Shown piece after piece: positions 1 to 9,902 of a DNA stretch of 64,000 bases. The position numbers and the translations under genes were made by a program. This DNA is from Candidatus Poribacteria bacterium (GTDB lineage Bacteria > Poribacteria > WGA-4E > PCPOR2b): NCBI GenBank assembly GCA_965215015.1, contig OZ244042.1, positions 64,001 through 128,000 on the forward strand, read 5' to 3'. The notes beneath the pieces are model-generated. The model was not told where the DNA came from. It saw only the letters and a program-made list of their open reading frames with translations, and searched no databases. Positions within the stretch are counted from its first letter, which is position 1. Each line of letters starts with the position of its first letter.

Positions 1-1
1 T

Positions 2-289
2 GCTGGTAAGACCGTCATTGCTGTTCATCACGACTTGCAGACAGTGGCGGATTACTTCGATTCCGTAACGCTGCTAAACGTGCGTCGAGTTGCTAGTGGT
101 CCAGTGAAGGAAGTATTTACAGAGCAGAATCTCCGACTGGCGTACGGTGGTCGCGTCGCTTTTCTCAGTCGAAATGATCAGGCTGATGGGACCACAGGAC
201 AACCTGATGCAACATTATCTCAACCTGTTGGCGAAACCACAACTGTACAGGTTGACAAACCGATGGACACCTCGCTCCGTCTATCTTAG
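2..289 (+). CDS. Mn/Zn ABC transporter ATP-binding subunit (TroB/MntA-like), 3' part; gene starts before the window
   Basis: The frame from position 2 reads AGKTVIAVHHDLQTVADYFDSVTLLN...GPVKEVFTEQNLRLAYGG, the typical C-terminus (H-loop) of metal ABC ATPases. Two ABC-3 permeases follow downstream. Confidence 0.9.
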   Translation, partial: AGKTVIAVHHDLQTVADYFDSVTLLNVRRVASGPVKEVFTEQNLRLAYGGRVAFLSRNDQADGTTGQPDATLSQPVGETTTVQVDKPMDTSLRLS

Positions 290-320
290 AGTAAACTTAC
301 CTTAGGAGGTTATTTTTTTA

Positions 321-2990
321 ATGACACGAAAACTGTTGGTTGTTACTGCTACACTTTTGATTATCTTTTCTCTAAAGGTTCAAGCCAAATCTGGTGATGC
401 ACCGTATCAAAAGCTACAGGTAAACACGGCACAAGCAGTTACCTTTGAATCAACATCTACTGATGTTGGAAATCTAGTGGTTATCAACGGTAACGAGCAT
501 ATCGTCCAGCCGAAGAACGCTTTCGATTTAGCGGGACACGGTTTACGTTTCACGCCTAATGACCCGGACGGATACGATGTATCTATGCCAGAAGAGATTG
601 AGTTTGTTAAAGCCTTTGGGGATGTATTGAATCTGAATGATGACGACAGTAAGAAGATCGATATCGGGTTTAATTTTCCATTTTTTGGTGAGGAACATAC
701 GGAGGTTTTTGTCAATTCAGACGGAAATTTAACATTCGGCAAAGGGGATGCCGCTTCGCAGGCGCGGGACTTGCAACGATTTTTGGGAGAGGCCCCTCGC
801 ATCGGTGTGTTGTACACTGATCTGAATCCGTTCTCCGGCGCAACTGTTGAGGTAAAGCAATCCTCTAGACAAGTTACCGTCACTTGGTTCAATGTTGAGG
901 CCTTCAGCGAATACCTCTTTAGTGGAGAGGCCATTACAATGCAGGTTGTCCTGTTCAATACAGGCATCATTGACATCGTTTTTGAAAAGTCTGATATAAG
1001 AACAGGTATTGTTGGAATATCCCCCGGCGGACTCAATGATGCCTTTCAAGTGACTTTAGTGGACTACTCCGACAATTTGCCACTTGAAGGGACAATGGGG
1101 GCTATCGCAGAAGTCTTCGTAGAGCTACCAACCGTCAACCTACAGAATGTTGCTCGCGAGTTTTACCGGACCCATGGCGACGATTTTGATAGTTTAGTTC
1201 TCTTCACTAATTTTGAATCGAACCTAGACCAGGTCGGGGTTCTAGCATTTGCTATTTCCGTCCAGAATGATGTGTTAGGCATTGGCAACCCAAACAGAGG
1301 CGAAATCTTTCCACAATTTGATGACACCGCCGCTTATGGCAGCCAGGGCAAACTAAGAACCTTCCTCGGTATGAAAAACTTGAAGGTGTGGGAGGACGAT
1401 CCCTTGGAGAATACTTTTGGTCCAGCGACATCCACGCTGAGTGTACTCGCGCACGAATTTGGGCATCGGTGGATCGCTTACATCGATCCACCCGATTTAT
1501 TAGGTCGGGATTTTGCACATTGGAGTTTTTTCCTGCATACCAGTGGGTCTGTTATGGGCGGCAATGATATCCAAGATAACAGGGATGGCACTTTTACTAC
1601 CCTGGCACCAAAAGATCTTTATAGCCCGCTCGATTTATATTTGATGGGGTTGCTAAAGCCAGAAGAGGTTCCCCCTACCTTCTTGGTGGCCAACGCCTAT
1701 GATTTGGACATCCCACCTCCTTATGATGAACAGTCTATCTTTTCAAATGATTTACGATACTTGAATCCCTTGGGAGACGTTAGTTTTCGGGGGGAAAAAC
1801 AAGAGATAAAAATTGAAGATATTATTTCGATAAACGGAGAGCGAATCCCCGATGCTGAATCCTCTCAGAAGGACTTTCGGACTGCGTTTATCCTGCTTGC
1901 CATGGGTGAGGAGGGACCCACTCCTGACGAGATCGACAAGGTGGAGGCTGTCAGACTGTACTGGCCCCCTTTCTTCCATCGCGCCACGAACAACTTGGCA
2001 ACGATGGTGAGCACCCTCGATGGTTCACCTGAAAACGTTAGGTTGCCCAGTGGAGATGAACACGAGGAGCGCATTTTTAATTTTACACTGCATCTAAATA
2101 ACGGGTTAAATATCATTTCACCGCCGCTACGCCCACCAACGCCGCTGACAGCGCGCAGCTTTATGGAAATGGTCGGATCGACGGTTATTATCGCTGCCTT
2201 GGAAAATGGAGAGTTCATATCTCATACCAACGCAACACCCGGGGATGGATTTCCGATTGAAGGTGGACGGGGGTATATTGTCAACACGCCGGAAGGAGGG
2301 ACGGTCACATTCACAGGAGAACCCTGGGACGATTCCGATTCGACCCAAGCTGCTGAATCGGCGAGTGCCCCACCTGTCAACGGAACGCTTTGGGCGTTCG
2401 TCATTGATGGGGTTCTGGGCAGAGAAGGGTTCCAAGAATCTTACCAAATTACCGTTGATAATCTCAGGATAGGTAGTCGATTGACGGAAGGATTAGCAGA
2501 AGCAGGGGGCAGATTTACTTTAGGCTATGCCGATTTGAGTCGAACCCCAATCGTCCAAGTTGGCGATACTTTGCGTTTGACGCTTACCGATATCACTTTA
2601 GGTAAACCTATCGGCAAGACAGACTATACCATCACAGCCAATGATATTCGGAAGGCATATACAACACTTCACCTAACCTTCGATAGCATTGCCCCGATGC
2701 ACACCCAGCTGCTTCAGAATTACCCAAATCCATTCAATCCTGAGACGTGGATTCCATATCAACTCGCCTCTGATGCGGATGTGTCTATCATCATCTACAC
2801 CCCATCAGGTGAACAGATACGCACAATCTCGTTAGGTAGTCAAGCTGCTGGCTCATATCTTACCAAAGGACGCGCAGCTTATTGGGACGGGCGCAACGGA
2901 CGTGGTGAGCTAGTCAGTAGTGGCCTCTATTTTTACCATCTACAGGCTAGTGACTTTACGGATGTCAAACGGATGATCATCCTAAAATAA
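321..2990 (+). CDS. Secreted multidomain protein: NIDO/nidogen-like region, HEXXH zinc-metallopeptidase-like domain, C-terminal FlgD-Ig/T9SS-like sorting domain
   Basis: 889 aa with AGGAGG RBS and signal peptide. Motifs: LNDDDS..IDIGFNFPFFG...VFVNSDGNLTFG (NIDO-like), AHEFGHRW, and LLQNYPNPFNPETWIPYQL...YWDGRNGRGELVSSGLYFY. Confidence 0.8.
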   Translation: MTRKLLVVTATLLIIFSLKVQAKSGDAPYQKLQVNTAQAVTFESTSTDVGNLVVINGNEHIVQPKNAFDLAGHGLRFTPNDPDGYDVSMPEEIEFVKAFGDVLNLNDDDSKKIDIGFNFPFFGEEHTEVFVNSDGNLTFGKGDAASQARDLQRFLGEAPRIGVLYTDLNPFSGATVEVKQSSRQVTVTWFNVEAFSEYLFSGEAITMQVVLFNTGIIDIVFEKSDIRTGIVGISPGGLNDAFQVTLVDYSDNLPLEGTMGAIAEVFVELPTVNLQNVAREFYRTHGDDFDSLVLFTNFESNLDQVGVLAFAISVQNDVLGIGNPNRGEIFPQFDDTAAYGSQGKLRTFLGMKNLKVWEDDPLENTFGPATSTLSVLAHEFGHRWIAYIDPPDLLGRDFAHWSFFLHTSGSVMGGNDIQDNRDGTFTTLAPKDLYSPLDLYLMGLLKPEEVPPTFLVANAYDLDIPPPYDEQSIFSNDLRYLNPLGDVSFRGEKQEIKIEDIISINGERIPDAESSQKDFRTAFILLAMGEEGPTPDEIDKVEAVRLYWPPFFHRATNNLATMVSTLDGSPENVRLPSGDEHEERIFNFTLHLNNGLNIISPPLRPPTPLTARSFMEMVGSTVIIAALENGEFISHTNATPGDGFPIEGGRGYIVNTPEGGTVTFTGEPWDDSDSTQAAESASAPPVNGTLWAFVIDGVLGREGFQESYQITVDNLRIGSRLTEGLAEAGGRFTLGYADLSRTPIVQVGDTLRLTLTDITLGKPIGKTDYTITANDIRKAYTTLHLTFDSIAPMHTQLLQNYPNPFNPETWIPYQLASDADVSIIIYTPSGEQIRTISLGSQAAGSYLTKGRAAYWDGRNGRGELVSSGLYFYHLQASDFTDVKRMIILK

Positions 2991-3069
2991 CGCAAGTTGC
3001 CACTTAAAGCCCAAATGCCCGGTGGGTTGGCCGCCAATTCTTGGCTCATTGAGCCTAGAACAGTTTAGT

Positions 3070-3312
3070 GAGGGGTGCTCATAAAGGAGTCGGCACGCCC
3101 AGCGTGCCGTAAGCCCCACAATCGTTATAGTATATGGCTTGGCTAACACGCAACTGTCATTGAACTCCCAACATAATTTGAAGAACAAAGTACCTCCAAC
3201 CCCGTAGGTGGGGCATCTTGCCCTATCTCCCACCTGGGGCCCATATCTGTATCCGTGCAATCTGCTGCATCTGCTAAATTCGAGATTCAGACAATTATTA
3301 TGAGCACGCCTC
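3070..3312. mobile_element. MITE with 15-bp terminal inverted repeats and 8-bp target-site duplication
   Basis: Ends GAGGGGTGCTCATAA ... TTATGAGCACGCCTC, flanked by AGTTTAGT at 3062-3069 and 3313-3320. Internal REP-like hairpins. Confidence 0.8.
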
Positions 3313-3483
3313 AGTTTAGTGAGTGTTCGGGTATTTGCGATAAACGCACCAGATTCGTTATAGGCCCAACGGGCCAACAGGGACCAAATCGAAAAAGAGG
3401 AAACGAGGGCTTTTGTCTTTGCTCCCTTTCTCACCCTTTCACTTGCTTCCTTTCATTAATAGGTAGCCACAATAGGTCAGCGA

Positions 3484-4605
3484 ATGGAATTGCTACATAA
3501 TCTCTTCTTTGATTACACCCTACGTACAGTCGCACAAGGCTCCGCCACCCTTGGAATTGTCAGCGGTGCCTTAGGGACATACGCCGTCCTGCGGAAGCAG
3601 AGCTTGTTAGGAGACGCAATTTCCCATGCAGCATGGCCCGGTATTGCCCTAGCATTTCTGTTGACAGGCAGCAAAGCCCCCCTTGTATTGGTGTTGGGTG
3701 CCGCTGCTGCCGGTTGGATAGGTACACTCGTTGTGATGGGCATTGTCAATACGACCCGCATCAAAGATGATAGTGCATTGGGGTTGGTGCTCTCCGTGTT
3801 TTTTGGTTTCGGCCTTGTCCTGCTGACAGCGTTCATTCAGAAGATGCCCAACGCGAATCAGGCCGGACTTGACAAATTCCTCTTTGGTCAGGCGGCGGCA
3901 CTGGTAGAAAGAGACGTTAACACGATGGCGTCGCTGGGTATCATTGCACTGCTGATAATGATGGTTTTCTGGAAGGAGTTCAAACTTCTCAGTTTTGACC
4001 CCGATTTCGGAGCCAGCCTCGGTTTTCCCATGCGCTGGCTCGACGTTTTGCTGACGACACTTATTGTGATTGCTATCGTACTGGGATTGCAAACTGTCGG
4101 TGTGGTGCTGATGAGTGCTATGATTGTCGCACCGGCGGCGGCGGCCCGGCAGTGGACAGACCGTCTGGGCGTGATGGTTGCCCTATCTGCTCTGTTTGGT
4201 GCAGTTGCCGGCGTGAGCGGTGCACTCATTAGTAGTAGCATGGCCCGGATTCCCACCGGTCCAACCATCGTACTCTGTATCAGCGCAATCGTTGTAATAT
4301 CAATGACTCTCGCACCGAATCGAGGGTTGGTCTGGAATTGGATGCGACATCAACGCAACCGTCGTCAACTCCGCGTCGAAATGGTTCTGGATGACCTCTA
4401 CGCACTGACGTTGCAGCATGAAGATTTAGAACATCGGCATTCTGTAACCGTCTTAAATGCGATGAGTGCCGGGCGCGGCGGTGTTAAGCGTAGCCTCGAA
4501 GAACTAGAGACTCGTGGCTGGGCACAGCGAGACAGCACAGAATGGGCACTAACCCCGAAGGGATTGGCGGAAGCAGAACGCTTGGCGGAAAGGCGGGGAA
4601 ATTAG
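3484..4605 (+). CDS. Mn/Zn ABC permease (TroC-like, ABC-3 family) with C-terminal winged-helix-like extension
   Basis: Motif VLRKQSLLGDAISHAAWPG, multiple TM segments, hydrophilic tail ending WALTPKGLAEAERL. Confidence 0.9.
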   Translation: MELLHNLFFDYTLRTVAQGSATLGIVSGALGTYAVLRKQSLLGDAISHAAWPGIALAFLLTGSKAPLVLVLGAAAAGWIGTLVVMGIVNTTRIKDDSALGLVLSVFFGFGLVLLTAFIQKMPNANQAGLDKFLFGQAAALVERDVNTMASLGIIALLIMMVFWKEFKLLSFDPDFGASLGFPMRWLDVLLTTLIVIAIVLGLQTVGVVLMSAMIVAPAAAARQWTDRLGVMVALSALFGAVAGVSGALISSSMARIPTGPTIVLCISAIVVISMTLAPNRGLVWNWMRHQRNRRQLRVEMVLDDLYALTLQHEDLEHRHSVTVLNAMSAGRGGVKRSLEELETRGWAQRDSTEWALTPKGLAEAERLAERRGN

Positions 4606-5772
4606 ATGGACCTATCACCACAGGTAGAAATTCAAATTATCGCTGCAGTTGTTGCTGTTGCATGTGCTTTGCCGGGTGTCTTTCTGGTACTCCGCCGTAT
4701 GGCATTGATGAGCGATGCCATCAGCCATGCAATCCTTTTGGGCATTGTTTTAGCGTTTTTCGTTATTGAGGACCTCGCATCGCCACTCCTTATTGTCGCA
4801 GCCGCAATCACCGGCGTGATTACGGTCGCGCTCGTGGAGCTCTTGCACGGTACCGGACTTGTGCGTGAGGATGCCGCCATTGGAATTGTGTTTCCGGCAC
4901 TATTTAGTGGAGGTGTGATTCTCATCTCTCGCTACGCAGGGAATGTCCATCTAGATACTCATGCTGTGCTGCTGGGGGAGTTGGCCTTTGCTTGGATGGA
5001 GCGATCGACCGTTTTCGGATACGACCTACCCAAATCGCTTTGGGTGATGGGGGGTATCCTGCTAATCAACCTCATTTTCATTACACTGTTCTACAAAGAA
5101 CTGAAACTGGCAACCTTTGACGCCGGACTCGCCGCCGCGCTCGGATTTTCACCTGTCCTCGTCCACTACGGTTTGATGACGTTGGTTTCGATCACAGCCG
5201 TTGGAGCATTTGACGCGGTAGGGTCCATTTTAGTTGTTGCGCTGATGATTGCCCCCCCAGCGACCGCTTACCTGCTGACCGATCGACTATCCTATCTGCT
5301 TGGATTGAGTGGGTTGAATGGTATAGCGAGCGCTATCACAGGCTACTGGTTGGCGCGTTGGCTGGATGCGTCTATCGCCGGGTCTATGGCAACGATGAGT
5401 GGTGTCTTCTTCCTTTTAACCTTTCTTCTTGCACCAACCCGCGGCATCATCGCTATCGCCCGGCGACGCGTGCGGCAGCGATGGCAATTCGCTCAGACAA
5501 TGCTCACCATTCACCTGCTGAATCATGAGGGGTCTCCTGAAGCCCAACGAGAACGGCGGATTGAGCATCTAGATGAGCATCTGCGCTGGAACCCTTCTTT
5601 CGCGGGGCAGGTTGTGAGATATGCAGAGAAACACGGCACCATCCGGGCCGATGCAGGTAATCTAATGTTGACCAAGCGTGGACGACAGATTGCCCGCGAA
5701 GGTTTAAGTATGTCTGAGGCAAACCCCGATCAGAAATTGGAATTCGCGGTTTCGCCGGGTTTCAGAGATTGA
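4606..5772 (+). CDS. Mn/Zn ABC permease (TroD-like, ABC-3 family) with C-terminal winged-helix-like extension
   Basis: Motifs LVLRRMALMSDAISHAILLG and NVHLDTHAVLLGE. Tail LMLTKRGRQIARE. Abuts the previous gene. Confidence 0.9.
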   Translation: MDLSPQVEIQIIAAVVAVACALPGVFLVLRRMALMSDAISHAILLGIVLAFFVIEDLASPLLIVAAAITGVITVALVELLHGTGLVREDAAIGIVFPALFSGGVILISRYAGNVHLDTHAVLLGELAFAWMERSTVFGYDLPKSLWVMGGILLINLIFITLFYKELKLATFDAGLAAALGFSPVLVHYGLMTLVSITAVGAFDAVGSILVVALMIAPPATAYLLTDRLSYLLGLSGLNGIASAITGYWLARWLDASIAGSMATMSGVFFLLTFLLAPTRGIIAIARRRVRQRWQFAQTMLTIHLLNHEGSPEAQRERRIEHLDEHLRWNPSFAGQVVRYAEKHGTIRADAGNLMLTKRGRQIAREGLSMSEANPDQKLEFAVSPGFRD

Positions 5773-5805
5773 GACTATCGAAACCGAAATTTTATACCTC
5801 TATAA

Positions 5806-7278
5806 GTGGATCGGCATGTGGACTTCTCTCCCAATCCTCCAAATCACTCTCCAAAGCGAATTATCTCATTCCTCAATCTTATTCCAATCCAATGCCTCTG
5901 TATTGCCCTTTTCTTCCTAATTTACCACAAGCTCCTTGCCCACTGGATGCGGACGGCTTCTGTTAATCTGGGAGCGGTCAAATTTCATCGCCATGTGGTT
6001 CCCCTCTACGCACTACCGCAAATCGATCTGAGCATCTGGCTGCTTCCTGCATTGGTTGTTTTGGTAGTGTTCCTGCTCCTTTGCCACAAGATTCTGATCC
6101 AGCGATCTGTGCCATCTACTTGGCTCTTTCTAATCTCGGCTGGGTTCTTTCTTGCCATTAGTATTAGCGTTGCGATGATTGATGGCTACCAAGAGGTAAG
6201 TGGAAGGCAGTTGCCTGCATTCCAAGAACCGTATACGCGGACAAGATATGAATATTACAATGATGTGCCAAAGGTAGATCGGGCCGGTCTCTTGTCATTC
6301 ATACGAGATTACGCCAAACCGGAGTTGTTCTCAACGTTATCGGGACATGCACAAACCCATCCGCCCGGCGGTATACTGTTCCTGTGGATTGTCAGCAAAC
6401 TCTTCGGATATAATCTGTTGGCTGCATCACTTGGGTCAATTGTCTTCACGAGCTTAACGGTGATACCAATCTACCTGCTTGCGAGAGAACTGTATGGTGA
6501 ATTGACCGCACGATATACCCTGGTGCTGTTCCTAATTACTCCCAATTTCGTCATGTTTACGGGAACATCAATGGATGGACCGTTCAGTGTTTTTCCAATC
6601 TTAAGTCTCTACCTCTTTTACGAGCGGAGGGGCTCGGAGAGGGCGATACTCTACGGATTCTTGACGGGAATTTCGCTTAGTTGTGGAATGCTGATGACGT
6701 ACTCGACAGTGTTCATCGGTTTATTTTTTGGTGTCGTCATGCTGCTTATCTTAATTGTCGACCGAAGGAGATTCAGACATACACTGACCCTATTACTGAC
6801 TATCGGCGTTACCTTCACCGCATTTTATCTGCTGATATTTCTATTTACAGGGTTTAATCTGCTGGAGGCTTTGCAGGCGTCGATAAGGAAAGACAGGGAG
6901 GGACTAGGAACAGGATATGAAACGATTGGGCTATACTTAAACTTGAGTATTGGCAATCTGTTTGCCTTTCTTATTGGGGTCGGAATACCGATGACAACTG
7001 TGTGGATTCGGCAGGTTGTGCGAACGATTCAAAACGGCCAGCGTGGTGAACCAATCGACATCTACGTCATTAGCTATCTAATCTCGTTGTTGGTGATTGC
7101 CTTTTCTGCACTTTTCACAATGGAGGTTGAACGAATCTGGATCTTTATGGCTCCTTTTGTTATTATTCCTGTGGCGAAATATCTGAGCCAGCGAGGGATA
7201 GCCGATTTTTATTGGGTCACCGGGTTGTTGTGCCTGCAATTGGTTTTGTTTGAGGTGACGCTGTATACTTACTGGTAA
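5806..7278 (+). CDS. GT-C fold membrane glycosyltransferase (PMT/ArnT-like)
   Basis: Polytopic membrane protein with HAQTHPPG, SMDG and EVERIW motifs. Start codon uncertain. Confidence 0.7.
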   Translation: MDRHVDFSPNPPNHSPKRIISFLNLIPIQCLCIALFFLIYHKLLAHWMRTASVNLGAVKFHRHVVPLYALPQIDLSIWLLPALVVLVVFLLLCHKILIQRSVPSTWLFLISAGFFLAISISVAMIDGYQEVSGRQLPAFQEPYTRTRYEYYNDVPKVDRAGLLSFIRDYAKPELFSTLSGHAQTHPPGGILFLWIVSKLFGYNLLAASLGSIVFTSLTVIPIYLLARELYGELTARYTLVLFLITPNFVMFTGTSMDGPFSVFPILSLYLFYERRGSERAILYGFLTGISLSCGMLMTYSTVFIGLFFGVVMLLILIVDRRRFRHTLTLLLTIGVTFTAFYLLIFLFTGFNLLEALQASIRKDREGLGTGYETIGLYLNLSIGNLFAFLIGVGIPMTTVWIRQVVRTIQNGQRGEPIDIYVISYLISLLVIAFSALFTMEVERIWIFMAPFVIIPVAKYLSQRGIADFYWVTGLLCLQLVLFEVTLYTYW

Positions 7279-7434
7279 CCATAGCAATCACACCCACTTA
7301 AAAAAGTCAAGTAGACAGCTTCAATGACGACTGACCTTGCAATAGCTTAGCAAAACGGGTAAAATATGCCAACCACGTAATAGTACAATGAAAAATGTCC
7401 CGATCAGATCGGGATTAGACGAAGGAGAGATGCC

Positions 7435-8448
7435 ATGTCAGACAAAGTTGGAGTCGGGCTTATCGGCTGCGGTGGGATGGGAGCACATCATGCACGGAAT
7501 CTCGCTGAAATTGAAGGCGCACATTTACGCGGATTCGCCGATGTCCGCAGTGAAGCCGCCCAACGATTGCAGACCGAAGTCGGCTGTGACTATTGCACAA
7601 CCAATCCACAAGATATCTTCAACGACGACCTGGTTGATGTTGTGTTAATCTGTACCCACCACGACCTGCATGTACCCCTCGCGATTGCAGCTGCAGCCGC
7701 TGGTAAACAAATCTTTGTCGAAAAGCCGTTAGCACTGACGATTGAAGGATGCGAACAGATTGAGGCAGCGGTAGAACATACAGGCGTCAAATTGATGGCT
7801 GGATTTCAAGCGCGATTCTCGCCATTCATCACCAAACTCAAAGAGGTAATCCCAGTGCCGCTGGTGATTGTCGGGCAACTCGTGGATCCGCGCTGGGGCG
7901 ATGATAACTGGGCGAACGATCCGGTCGAAGGGGGCGGCAACGTTCTTTCTCAAGGCTGTCATCTATTCGACGCAATGTGTTGGCTGGCTGGAGCCGAACC
8001 TATCACCATTTATGCAGAAGGCGGTAACTTGACCCATCCAAAGATTCCCGAAATCACCGACAGTGTTGTTGCCACGATTCGATTTGCCAACGGCTGCGTG
8101 GCAAGCGCAATCAATGGGGACTTTGGTTCGCCTGCATTGGCTGGGAAAGCGTTCTACGAATTGTTTAGCGGAGCGAAGACAGCAACGCTCTACGGTTATT
8201 ACGGTGAACCCGCAATCAAGTTTTGGGGTGTAGAGCCTGCCGATTTCACGATGGAAGATTTACCACCCGATTATCGCAACGGTAGTGCGGCTCACGGATA
8301 TGTCGATGAGATGCAGGCGTTAATTGATTGGGTAGGGAAAGATGTCGATCCCGTGAACGCAGCAAAGGTGAAGGACGGGCTGCGAGCAACGAAAATTGGG
8401 GTCAAGGCAATCGAGTCGATTCAGACAGGTCAGCCGCAGCGTTTATAA
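7435..8448 (+). CDS. Gfo/Idh/MocA family oxidoreductase
   Basis: GLIGCGGMG Rossmann motif and FVEKPLA motif. Confidence 0.9.
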   Translation: MSDKVGVGLIGCGGMGAHHARNLAEIEGAHLRGFADVRSEAAQRLQTEVGCDYCTTNPQDIFNDDLVDVVLICTHHDLHVPLAIAAAAAGKQIFVEKPLALTIEGCEQIEAAVEHTGVKLMAGFQARFSPFITKLKEVIPVPLVIVGQLVDPRWGDDNWANDPVEGGGNVLSQGCHLFDAMCWLAGAEPITIYAEGGNLTHPKIPEITDSVVATIRFANGCVASAINGDFGSPALAGKAFYELFSGAKTATLYGYYGEPAIKFWGVEPADFTMEDLPPDYRNGSAAHGYVDEMQALIDWVGKDVDPVNAAKVKDGLRATKIGVKAIESIQTGQPQRL

Positions 8449-8459
8449 GGGGCAACAGC

Positions 8460-9647
8460 ATGAAAATTACAAACATTGAAACATTTATCGTGGATGCCGG
8501 CTGGCGTCCATGGACATTTGTCAAAGTTGAGACCGATGAGGGCATCACCGGTTACGGCGAGTGTAGCGACGGCAGATCCCCTCACGGAATCGTCGGGACA
8601 ATCAAGGACTTAGAACGGGTGCTTATCGGTACAGATCCAAGAGCTTTCGAGATGCGATTTTGGGACATGATTCGGGGCACGCGCCAAAGCCCCGGCGGCA
8701 TCGCTGCCAAAGCCATCGCCGGAATTGAGTGCGCCCTTATAGACATCAAGGCGAAAGCACTCGGTATCTCTGTTGTTGAATTATTCGGTGGACCAACGCG
8801 GGATAAAGTTCGACTGTACTGGTCTCATTGCGGAACAAGCCGCGCCAGACATCATGAGCTAATAGGTGTACCACCCATCAAAACGATGGACGACATTGCC
8901 GCATTGGGACGGGAAGTGGTGGAGCGCGGCTTCACTGCACTCAAGACCAACATCGTGATTCCCGGTGAACCGGCGGCTGTGTACTTCAGTGGGTTCGGCG
9001 GCGGTTCCGGCACCACAGATCAGGTGGTCACGCCCGCGCTGTTGAGACACATTGAGATGCTGATAGGGACGTTCCGGGAGGCGATTGGGCCCGATGTGGG
9101 ACTCTGTCTAGACCTCAACTTCAACTTCAAAACGGAAGCGTGCCTACGGATTGCTCAGGTATTAGAACCCTTCAATCTCCAGTGGCTCGAAATTGATATG
9201 TACGACCCAGAAGCAATCTTGCAAATCAAACAATCCACGACCACCCGCATCTGTACGGGCGAAAATCTGTTCTACATGCGGGAGTTTATCCCCTATTTTG
9301 AACTGCACGCCGCAGACGTGATGATGATTGATGTGGCATGGAATGGGTTCACGCAATCCAAGAAGATCGGAGACCTGGCAGAGGTATACCAGACCAATAT
9401 TGCGCCCCACAACTACTACAGCCACTTAGCGACATATATGAGCGCGAGCCTATGCGCCGTTCTGCCCAATGTCCGCATTATGGAAATCGACATTGACGAT
9501 GTACCATGGAAAGATGACCTCGTCACCGACCCACCGGAGATCATTGAGGGCTACATGACAATTCCCACGAAGCCGGGGTGGGGGACTGATCTGAATGAGG
9601 CGGAAGTCGAAAAACATCTATGGGAGAACCGGTCTGTGAATTGGTAA
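8460..9647 (+). CDS. Mandelate racemase/muconate lactonizing enzyme family (galactonate dehydratase-like)
   Basis: MKITNIETF...FVKVETDEGITGYGE, ALKTN, CTGEN and APHN motifs. ATG at 8460 preferred over the ORF-track start at 8328. Confidence 0.88.
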   Translation: MKITNIETFIVDAGWRPWTFVKVETDEGITGYGECSDGRSPHGIVGTIKDLERVLIGTDPRAFEMRFWDMIRGTRQSPGGIAAKAIAGIECALIDIKAKALGISVVELFGGPTRDKVRLYWSHCGTSRARHHELIGVPPIKTMDDIAALGREVVERGFTALKTNIVIPGEPAAVYFSGFGGGSGTTDQVVTPALLRHIEMLIGTFREAIGPDVGLCLDLNFNFKTEACLRIAQVLEPFNLQWLEIDMYDPEAILQIKQSTTTRICTGENLFYMREFIPYFELHAADVMMIDVAWNGFTQSKKIGDLAEVYQTNIAPHNYYSHLATYMSASLCAVLPNVRIMEIDIDDVPWKDDLVTDPPEIIEGYMTIPTKPGWGTDLNEAEVEKHLWENRSVNW

Positions 9648-9668
9648 ACAACTGTCTCTATGAATAGA

Positions 9669-9889
9669 TAGGAGTTACGCACTTGGGTTTGTAATATCGC
9701 AATTCAACCCACGTCTTTAAGGGAGTCGGCATACGGCTTATACCGATTCCCCCCTTCCCCCTGCTTGCGGGGGGACTGAGGGGGGCGAGGATACCATGAC
9801 TATGGCGCCATAATCCTGGCTCAACCAACCATAACCATGGCGCGACCTTTTTTGGTGTTGGCTTTGAACGTTCAACTGCGTAAATCCTA
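9669..9889. mobile_element. MITE of the TAGGACTTACGCA (IS701-like) end family carrying REP hairpins
   Basis: Ends TAGGAGTTACGCA ... TGCGTAAATCCTA, flanked by direct repeat AATAGA at 9663-9668 and 9890-9895. Confidence 0.7.
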
Positions 9890-9902
9890 AATAGAAATAA
9901 TT

